64,000 bases of DNA, from assembly GCA_016937255.1 (NCBI GenBank), contig JAFGWG010000128.1, forward strand, positions 3,115 to 67,114, given 5' to 3'. The notes below the pieces were generated by a model. The model had not been told where the DNA came from and ran no database searches. It saw nothing but the letters and a program-made list of their open reading frames with translations. A program made the position numbers and the translations under genes. This stretch comes from Bacteroidales bacterium (lineage in GTDB: Bacteria; Bacteroidota; Bacteroidia; Bacteroidales; DTU049). Of the stretch, positions 56,907-64,000 are shown piece by piece (position 1 is the stretch's first letter; every line of letters starts with the position of its first letter).

Positions 56907-58154
56907 CTACAAATCTAATAGTTTTTCTACAGGATGGTCGCCTGTAAGTAAAAATTCAGGATTTTCGAGTAATTCTTTAATTCTCTTTAGAAAAGTAACA
57001 GACTCTTTACCATCTATGATACGATGATCGTAAGATAAGGCCAGGTACATCATCGGAGCAATTATCACTTCACCATTTTTAGCAATTGGCCGATCAATAA
57101 TATTGTGCATGCCTAGAATCGCACTTTGCGGTGGATTCAGAATGGGTGTGCTAAGCATAGATCCAAAAACGCCTCCGTTACTTATTGTAAAAGTGCCACC
57201 ACTCAAATCATCAAGGCTTATTTTCCCTTGACGAGCTTTATCTGCAAGCCTGGCAATCTCTTTTTCAATTTGAATTAGATTCATGTTTTGCGCATTGCGA
57301 ACAACAGGAACCATGAGCCCCTTTTCAGTACTTACTGCAACACCAATATCAGCATAATTGTAATGGATAATTTCATCGTCCTTAATCATTGCGTTCACTG
57401 CAGAATTTTCCATTAAGGAAATGGAAACGGCTTTTACAAAGAATGACATAAACCCGAGCTTAATGTCATGTTTCTCAGCAACAATGTCTTTGTATTTGTT
57501 ACGAATTACAGAAACTGCACTCATGTCGAGCTCATTAAATGTGGTAAGCATTGCAGTTTCATTTTTTACTGCAACAAGCCTCTGGGCAAGCTTTTTACGA
57601 AGCATACTCATAGGCTTTGAAGTCTCTTTACGCTCTGTAGAAATAGTTGGCGCCTTTTGAACAGAATCTTTGCTATATAGGAATTCTTTAACTTCTTTGG
57701 TGTCAAAGCGAGTGTTTTTTACATAATTCAGAAAATCTTCATCGCTCAATCCTTCAGCTTCAAGTAGTTTCCTTGCAACAGGACTTAGTTTGGCTTTTTC
57801 GCCTTGGCTTGTTTTTGATGTAGTATTTGAGGCAAGTTTATCTTTTGTGATTTCCGATTTGGCTTTTTCTTTTTTTGGTTGAATTGTTTCTGGCTTTTCA
57901 GTTTCGGAATGTCCTTCCGATTCTTCAATAACAGCAATGGTTTCGCCAACTTTTACGATACTGCCTTCTTCAATTTTTATATCAATAATTCCGGATATAG
58001 GTGCAGCCAGTGCTATGGTAGCCTTTTCGCTGTCAATTTCCGCAATTTCATTGTCTTTGGTTACAAAGTCGCCTGATTTCACCAGCCACGATGCAATCTG
58101 AACTTCATTTATTGACTCGCCAGGGCTAGGTACTTTAATATCGATCTTTTTCAT
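56907..58154 (-). CDS. sucB: 2-oxoglutarate dehydrogenase E2 (dihydrolipoamide succinyltransferase)
   Basis: Lipoyl domain (DSEKA), [18 protein letters not shown]. Confidence 0.95.
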   Translation of the reverse strand: MKKIDIKVPSPGESINEVQIASWLVKSGDFVTKDNEIAEIDSEKATIALAAPISGIIDIKIEEGSIVKVGETIAVIEESEGHSETEKPETIQPKKEKAKSEITKDKLASNTTSKTSQGEKAKLSPVARKLLEAEGLSDEDFLNYVKNTRFDTKEVKEFLYSKDSVQKAPTISTERKETSKPMSMLRKKLAQRLVAVKNETAMLTTFNELDMSAVSVIRNKYKDIVAEKHDIKLGFMSFFVKAVSISLMENSAVNAMIKDDEIIHYNYADIGVAVSTEKGLMVPVVRNAQNMNLIQIEKEIARLADKARQGKISLDDLSGGTFTISNGGVFGSMLSTPILNPPQSAILGMHNIIDRPIAKNGEVIIAPMMYLALSYDHRIIDGKESVTFLKRIKELLENPEFLLTGDHPVEKLLDL

Positions 58155-58174
58155 ATAAACTTTTTACGGTGATT

Positions 58175-60961
58175 TTAAGAATTGGTTTTACTGATAAACT
58201 GCCATTCTTTTTCAGAACATAGCATGCGGCATTCAGATTTCACTCTCGGGCAATCGCATTCACCAAATACTTTTTCAAGGAGTTTTTCTTGTCTTATTTT
58301 ATGTAATTCTGCTGATCCTGTTGCAGGTGATCCGCTGTCGGGACGACTTACTAAGCGAAGCTTTGGCCCTTTGAAATTTCGAGCTACAAAGCTCCATGCA
58401 CCCATATTTCCGGGTTCTTCTTGTACCCACACCCAGTCGTTTGAGTTTTGATACAGCGAAACAATTTTTTCAAGTGCAGTTTCGGGGAAAGGATACAATT
58501 GCTCAACACGAACAATGGCAATTTCATCTCTTTTCAGCTTTTCTCTTTCTTTCTTAATATCGTAATAGACTTTTCCATTACATAAAACAACCTGCGTAAC
58601 TTTTTTGGGATCAACGTTGGGGTCTGAAATGACCTCTAAAAATTTTCCAGTGGTAAATTCTTTAATTTCAGAACGTACTTCAGGATGTCGGAGCAAACTT
58701 TTTGGAGTAAACAGAATTAATGGTTTTCTGAATGGAAAATGGACGTGCCGTCTTAATAAATGAAAGAGGTTTGCCGGTGTGGTAATGTTGGCAATAAACA
58801 TATTATAATCGGCAGCCAGTGTTAGAAAACGCTCCATGCGAGCACTGCTATGCTCACTTCCCTGACCTTCGTAGCCATGAGGGAGGAATACCACAAGGCC
58901 ATTGCTCACATTCCATTTTTCTTCAGCGGAGCTGATAAACTGATCGAAAATAATTTGTGCACCATTGGCAAAATCACCAAATTGTGCTTCCCAAATAGTG
59001 AGTCCCTTGGGTTGTGCAAAAGCATATCCATATTCAAATCCCAGTACACCATATTCTGAAAGAACGGAATTGAAAATATTGAATTCTGCACCTTCAATAT
59101 GCCGTAGTGGAATATATTCCTTGTTACTGTCTTCAATCGTAAGAACTGCATGACGATGGCTGAAAGTACCACGCTCAACATCCTGTCCGCTTATGCGAAC
59201 AGGGTGTCCTTCGTGAAGCAAACTTGCATAAGCCAAGCTCTCTGCCATACCCCAATCAATATTACCGTTTTCTTCTATCATAGAAGAACGGTCTTTCATT
59301 ATTTGTCTGATCTTTCTGAAAAAATTAATATCTTCCGGCAAATCGGTTATTTTCTGGGCAAGATCTCTGAAGGTGCTTTCATCGAAACCAGTTTCCACCA
59401 ATTGAAAAACTTCTTTGTGCTCTGCACGTGGCCAGTTTTCCCATTCGCTTTGCATAAATGGAGTAATGATAGCCTCATCGGTTTGATTGGCTTTTTCAAT
59501 ACTTTCTTCCATTTTAATATTATAGGCTTGGTCAATATCAATAATGTCATTTTCAACAATTACGGCTTCTTTGATCAGCTTTTCTTTGTAAATTTCTCGT
59601 GGATTCGGATGCTTTGCAATCAATCCATATAAAGTGGGTTGGGTAAAGCGAGGTTCATCTCCTTCGTTGTGCCCATATTTTCTGTAGGAAAGCAGATCAA
59701 TAAAAATATCTTTATTAAATTTTTTCCGATATTCAAATGCAAGCTCAAAAACACGAACTACAGCTTCGCTGTCGTCGCCATTTACATGAAATACAGGCGA
59801 CTGAATAGTTTTTGCAATATCTGTGCAATAAGTGCTGCTTCGTCCATCAAGATAATTGGTGGTAAAGCCAATCTGATTATTGATGACCACATGAATACTT
59901 CCACCAACATGATAGGGTTTCAGTTCAGACATCTGAATAATTTCGTAAATAATGCCTTGTGCTGAAACTGCTGCATCACCATGAATTAGAATGGGTACCA
60001 GTGCGTCTTCATTTCCGTTATGCTGATTTTTTATTTTGCCATATGCGATGCCCTGAACAATTGGGTCGACCGCTTCGAGATGTGAAGGGTTAGGAGCCAG
60101 GGTAATTTTGCACTCTTTTCCTTTGTGTTTGTATATGGAGGTAAATCCAAGATGATATTTCACATCGCCAAGTAAAGTGTCGTCTTCATAGGCTTTGCCA
60201 GCAAATTCGGTGAAAATTTGGGAATTGGGTTTACGCAGAATATTGGCTAAAACATTAAGTCGTCCACGATGAGCCATTCCAAAAATAAACTCTTTGACAC
60301 CATTTAATAATCCAGTTTCAATTAGCGCTTGCAAGCCTGGAATTAGGTTCTCACTGCCTTCAAGAGAGAACCGTTTTTGTCCGGGGAATCGTGTGTGAAG
60401 AAATTTTTCGAATAAAACGGCTTCGCTCAGTTTTTGGAAGATAAATTTTTTCTTTTCGGGTTCAAAATTTGGGGTGTTTCTGTCGACTTCAATAAGTTTT
60501 TTAACCCAGTTCAGGCGTTCTGGGTTTCGGATATACATGAATTCAATGCCAATGCTATTGCAATAGGTTTCTTCGAGAAAATCAATAATATTAGATAGAC
60601 TGGTTTTTCCTAAACCAATTTCTTTTCCGGCTTCAAATTCACGGGTTAGGTCTTTTTTAGAAAACCCAAAATTCTCAATATCCAAATTTGGACTATAATG
60701 CCGACGCGTTCTTACTGGATTGGTTTTGGTGAAGAGATGCCCACGGCTTCTGTATTCATTTATGAGCTCGAGAACCTTAAATTCATCGCCTGAAACGCCA
60801 ATTTGGTGCAAATCACTTTCGTAATTTTTACGGGCAAATTCAAATCCTTCAAAAAAATGTCGCCACCCATCTTCAACTGACTCAGGGTTGTTGAGATATG
60901 AACGGTAGAGCTCTTCAATATATTCAGGCGGTGCCTGCGAAAGAAAGTTGTTCGAATCCAT
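58175..60961 (-). CDS. sucA: 2-oxoglutarate dehydrogenase E1
   Basis: KRFSLEG, GMAHRGRLN, GDVKYHLG, HGDAA, WEAQFGDF; -7 element at 60981..60988 on the minus strand; TTG 60967 is an alternative start. Confidence 0.96.
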   Translation of the reverse strand: MDSNNFLSQAPPEYIEELYRSYLNNPESVEDGWRHFFEGFEFARKNYESDLHQIGVSGDEFKVLELINEYRSRGHLFTKTNPVRTRRHYSPNLDIENFGFSKKDLTREFEAGKEIGLGKTSLSNIIDFLEETYCNSIGIEFMYIRNPERLNWVKKLIEVDRNTPNFEPEKKKFIFQKLSEAVLFEKFLHTRFPGQKRFSLEGSENLIPGLQALIETGLLNGVKEFIFGMAHRGRLNVLANILRKPNSQIFTEFAGKAYEDDTLLGDVKYHLGFTSIYKHKGKECKITLAPNPSHLEAVDPIVQGIAYGKIKNQHNGNEDALVPILIHGDAAVSAQGIIYEIIQMSELKPYHVGGSIHVVINNQIGFTTNYLDGRSSTYCTDIAKTIQSPVFHVNGDDSEAVVRVFELAFEYRKKFNKDIFIDLLSYRKYGHNEGDEPRFTQPTLYGLIAKHPNPREIYKEKLIKEAVIVENDIIDIDQAYNIKMEESIEKANQTDEAIITPFMQSEWENWPRAEHKEVFQLVETGFDESTFRDLAQKITDLPEDINFFRKIRQIMKDRSSMIEENGNIDWGMAESLAYASLLHEGHPVRISGQDVERGTFSHRHAVLTIEDSNKEYIPLRHIEGAEFNIFNSVLSEYGVLGFEYGYAFAQPKGLTIWEAQFGDFANGAQIIFDQFISSAEEKWNVSNGLVVFLPHGYEGQGSEHSSARMERFLTLAADYNMFIANITTPANLFHLLRRHVHFPFRKPLILFTPKSLLRHPEVRSEIKEFTTGKFLEVISDPNVDPKKVTQVVLCNGKVYYDIKKEREKLKRDEIAIVRVEQLYPFPETALEKIVSLYQNSNDWVWVQEEPGNMGAWSFVARNFKGPKLRLVSRPDSGSPATGSAELHKIRQEKLLEKVFGECDCPRVKSECRMLCSEKEWQFISKTNS

Positions 60962-61109
60962 GGCCAAAATCTTGGAACAGCAAAAGTACGAATAATTGAT
61001 GTGAGCTTTCCTTCAATAGTATGATAAATGGCAGATTTCTAAAGAAATTGATTTTTGATTTTTTTCACCTCACCAATTTTACTTTAACTTTGTCAAATAT
61101 TTGCCGATA

Positions 61110-62042
61110 ATGAACAGAAAGATTCTTGTTTATGCTGGAATGTTTTTCGCTATGCTGGTTTGGTCAATGAGTTATATCGTTATCAAACTGGTTTATGCCG
61201 AAGGAATGGATCCGGCAACATTGGTCTTTATTCGATTAATTCTTGCTGCAGCCAGTTTGCAAATCTATTTGAGAATTGTTGGGAAAATTCAAAAAATTCG
61301 TAAGGAAGACTTAAAATGGTTTCTTATTTTGGCAATCTTTGAGCCATTTTTCTATTATATTGGTGAAAGTAATGGCTTGGATCATGTTTCTCCAACGTTG
61401 GGGGCGATAATTATTGCCACAATTCCGATTTTTACGCCTTTTGTTATGAGTGTTTTTTACAAGGAAAAGCTTGTTCGTGGCAATTTGCTTGGGATTATTC
61501 TTTCCTTTATTGGTGTGCTGCTTGTGGTTTTGAACGACCAATATCAGCTGGATGCATCTATAAAGGGGGTTTTGTTTATGTTTTTTGCTGTAATGAGCGC
61601 CCTCGGTTATACCGTTATTATCAAAAGACTGGTAGTAAAATACAATTCATATACCATTGTTGCCTATCAAACACTTCTAGGGGCATTTTTGTATTTGCCT
61701 CTATGGTATTTTACCGATCGATCTAATATTTTTGAGGTGAATTTTAATCCAGAACTTATATTATATATTGTTGCACTGGCTTTGCTTTCAACAACAGTGG
61801 CCTATATCTTGTTTTCTACTGGAATACGGGAGCTTGGAGCGGTAAAAAGCAATATTTTTGCAAATCTGATACCAGTTTTTACTGCAGTAATGGCTGTTTT
61901 GGCAGGTATTGAAGAATTACCATTGAAAAAGCTTGCAGGAGTTTTAATAGTAATTGCTGGAGTATATTTGGCTCAAAGTAGAAAGCCTTTTATGTGGTTG
62001 CCCGAACTATTATCAAGCTATTTTCGCAAGCCTGAGAAATAA
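61110..62042 (+). CDS. DMT/EamA family transporter
   Basis: About ten TM helices in two EamA halves; -7 element TAACTTTG at 61085..61092. Confidence 0.9.
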   Translation: MNRKILVYAGMFFAMLVWSMSYIVIKLVYAEGMDPATLVFIRLILAAASLQIYLRIVGKIQKIRKEDLKWFLILAIFEPFFYYIGESNGLDHVSPTLGAIIIATIPIFTPFVMSVFYKEKLVRGNLLGIILSFIGVLLVVLNDQYQLDASIKGVLFMFFAVMSALGYTVIIKRLVVKYNSYTIVAYQTLLGAFLYLPLWYFTDRSNIFEVNFNPELILYIVALALLSTTVAYILFSTGIRELGAVKSNIFANLIPVFTAVMAVLAGIEELPLKKLAGVLIVIAGVYLAQSRKPFMWLPELLSSYFRKPEK

Positions 62043-62753
62043 GTCCATAGCTTCTTTGGCATCCGAATCCATTCTGAAAACAATGTTTTCTTCTAAATAT
62101 ATGGTGGCTTCTTCGTGATTCAGATCTGCACTTCCAAATTCTTGTAATGCGCTATGAATATTGTTTACTCCAAACTCCAAAGCAGCATTTAGGTTTCTGA
62201 TGGTGTCTATTGAAATATCTTTTTTGGCAATCCATACGGCAAAAACAAATGGTAACTTGTATCTCTTTTTCCACTCTTCTGCAAGATCAAAACGGATCGG
62301 AAAAGCATTTGCGTTTTTAAGCGCCCTGTCTCCAATGATCACACGTGCATCAGCAATCGCCTCGTCTTCAATGAATTCCGGATGAATGTTCCATGTATTT
62401 TTACAAAGTACTTTAGTGAGTAAATTTGAACTTCTGGAAGCAGGATCTATTGCTATAGATTTGATGGAATCAAGAGATACGCGGCTTTGTAGAAAAACAG
62501 ATTTTACTGCGCCGCTGGCTCCTATGCAAAATGGTTCAATGATTTTATATGAATCCATCTCAGGCAAAGCGCCTACCGGAACAAGGGCAATAGTTGATTT
62601 TCCAGCTCTAAAATTCTCCGCACATTGAGCCGGAGGGACAATTTCTGGATTCCTCAGTTGTGAATCTTCCGCATTGAGTAAGCCGTAATGGAAAGGATAT
62701 GAATTTAAGTAACTAACCAGTGAGATATGTATGGGTGTATGATCGCTATACAT
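62013..62753 (-). CDS. mqnA: Chorismate dehydratase MqnA (MqnA/MqnD family)
   Basis: VSYLNSYPF, CIGASGAVKSV, SRSSNLL, IIGDRAL, DLAEEW...LPFVFAVW. Confidence 0.85.
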   Translation of the reverse strand: MYSDHTPIHISLVSYLNSYPFHYGLLNAEDSQLRNPEIVPPAQCAENFRAGKSTIALVPVGALPEMDSYKIIEPFCIGASGAVKSVFLQSRVSLDSIKSIAIDPASRSSNLLTKVLCKNTWNIHPEFIEDEAIADARVIIGDRALKNANAFPIRFDLAEEWKKRYKLPFVFAVWIAKKDISIDTIRNLNAALEFGVNNIHSALQEFGSADLNHEEATIYLEENIVFRMDSDAKEAMDLFLRLAKIA

Positions 62754-63633
62754 CCTGTTTGAAGATATAAATCAGACTGGAGTAATTGTTGTCGTTTCTG
62801 CGAGCATGCATATTCGATTTCATTCCATTGAAAAATGCGCGGACTAATTTATTTTTGCCATGCTTATGTTTTTCACTCAACATGCTGATATAATAAGCGT
62901 CTAATTTCATTGGAAGTGCAGCTTGTAATGAGAAACCATATTGTTCTGCCAAATTTCGGATGTCTTTTTGTCTGAAATGGTATAGGTGACGGGGAAGATC
63001 ATAAGCTGCCCAAAACTTTCCGTATATCTTGGCATCCTTGCTTTCATTATTAGGTAAGGCAATAAAAAGACGCCCGTCTTTGTCTAAAACTTCTTTGAAA
63101 CGATTAAAATATAACCTGAGATCTGAAACATGCTCAAGCACATGCCACATGCTGATAATATCAATGCTATTCTCTTCAATATTGAGAAAATCTTCTATTG
63201 GTTTCAACTCAAGTCCATAGTTTTTCAACGCAAATTCACGTGCATCTGCATCAGGTTCAAGCCCCATGCAATCATAACCTGCGCTTTTACACACATCGAG
63301 AAAACTTCCACTACCGGCGCCAATATCAAGAAGCCTTTTTCCATTGCTGTATTTTTGAATGGTTTTGAGTTTTTTCTTGAGCGTATAGCTTCGTGCCATA
63401 AGGAATAGGCGGTTGATAATGCCTTTTTTAGATTCTGAATGAGAAACATATTCCTCCGATTTATAATAATCGCTCAATTCATCATCCTCTGGACGTGGGT
63501 TGGTGAAATTAAAACCACACTCGGCGCAAGCCGTAATTTCAAAATTATTTCCGCTGACCAGATAATCTTTGCAAATCAGAACCCGGTTGTTTACTTCACA
63601 TCCACATACAGGGCATTGATCAATTTCTTTCAT
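62746..63633 (-). CDS. Class I SAM-dependent methyltransferase with N-terminal Zn ribbon
   Basis: CPVC...CAEC, LLDIGAGSG, WHVLEH, YDLPRHLYHF; -7 element at 63654..63661 on the minus strand. Confidence 0.88.
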   Translation of the reverse strand: MKEIDQCPVCGCEVNNRVLICKDYLVSGNNFEITACAECGFNFTNPRPEDDELSDYYKSEEYVSHSESKKGIINRLFLMARSYTLKKKLKTIQKYSNGKRLLDIGAGSGSFLDVCKSAGYDCMGLEPDADAREFALKNYGLELKPIEDFLNIEENSIDIISMWHVLEHVSDLRLYFNRFKEVLDKDGRLFIALPNNESKDAKIYGKFWAAYDLPRHLYHFRQKDIRNLAEQYGFSLQAALPMKLDAYYISMLSEKHKHGKNKLVRAFFNGMKSNMHARRNDNNYSSLIYIFKQDV

Positions 63634-63700
63634 GTATTTCTTTTATGGAAATGCAAATATACGGCTATTTACAAAATCGCATTTTTCTTGTTTTTCGATA

Positions 63701-63766
63701 AAAATACAAGTATACCTTGAGAAATATCGGAAAAAAACACAGGTATACCTTGAGAAATATCGGAAA
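63701..63766. repeat. 33-bp tandem duplication (2 copies, 2 mismatches)
   Basis: AAAATACAAGTATACCTTGAGAAATATCGGAAA then AAAACACAGGTATACCTTGAGAAATATCGGAAA. Confidence 0.92.
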
Positions 63767-63804
63767 AACTTGATTTTTTACCAGATATTATGTATTTTTG
63801 AATT

Positions 63805-64000
63805 ATGAAAACAATTGAAAGATCACTTTTGGCTGAGCTTAAAAACCATCTTGAGTATGCTGAAATCAGCATTATAACAGGATCTCGGCAAGTTGGGAAA
63901 ACCACTTTGTTGAAAGCATTGCAGGAAGAGGTGTCGTCTTTGAACAAGCAATCTTTCTATTTTACGCTTGAACGTAAAGAAATATTAACTGCGTTGGATG
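63805..64000 (+). CDS. AAA+ ATP-binding protein (AAA_14/DUF4143-like), 3'-truncated at window edge
   Basis: Hand translation MKTIERSLLAELKNHLEYAEISIITGSRQVGKTTLL gives Walker A GSRQVGKT; TATTTTTG -7 element at 63793..63800. Confidence 0.85.
   Translation, partial: MKTIERSLLAELKNHLEYAEISIITGSRQVGKTTLLKALQEEVSSLNKQSFYFTLERKEILTALD

Noticed and set aside
59150-59965. Plus-strand ORFs of 108-160 aa inside sucA, and similar short ORFs inside porU, bamA and ettA
   Set aside because: They lie wholly within conserved genes, have no motifs, and are expected antisense or alternate-frame ORFs.
63701-63766. 33-bp repeats as a CRISPR array
   Set aside because: Only two directly adjacent copies, no spacer, and no cas genes in the window.
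63669-63947. 92-aa minus-strand ORF with FSDISQGI repeated
   Set aside because: It translates the DNA duplication and is antisense to the AAA ATPase; no coding signal.

Overview
Gene-dense chromosomal window from a Bacteroidota bacterium, probably an environmental member of Bacteroidia (inference). Evidence for the phylum is the TAnnTTTG -7 promoter elements, AT-rich leaders mostly lacking Shine-Dalgarno sequences, and type IX secretion (T9SS) genes. About 55 CDS are present. They include the nadK-(two DUF6089/PorG-like barrels)-uppS-bamA-skp-skp envelope locus, the porU-porV-ispF / porP-gldJ-murF-anmK-exbBD-tonB locus, five predicted T9SS cargo proteins, sucA-sucB-nadB, mqnA (futalosine pathway), and an ECF sigma/anti-sigma/two Spy-CpxP-ZraP operon. 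I saw no rRNA, tRNA, CRISPR array, transposase, integrase or prophage, and no clearly new multi-gene defence or mobile system. The best leads are small-scale. (1) A DUF4139 protein carries a 12-residue C-terminal tail resembling the Cys-containing tail of the PorP barrel. (2) A promoter-like motif, CGCAAG-N14-ATTGTCwAA, occurs with identical spacing on both sides of the ECF sigma gene. (3) SucA has a four-cysteine C-terminal extension. (4) A 33-bp tandem duplication with a palindromic core lies upstream of an AAA ATPase gene. All family assignments come from motif recognition by eye; no database searches were run.
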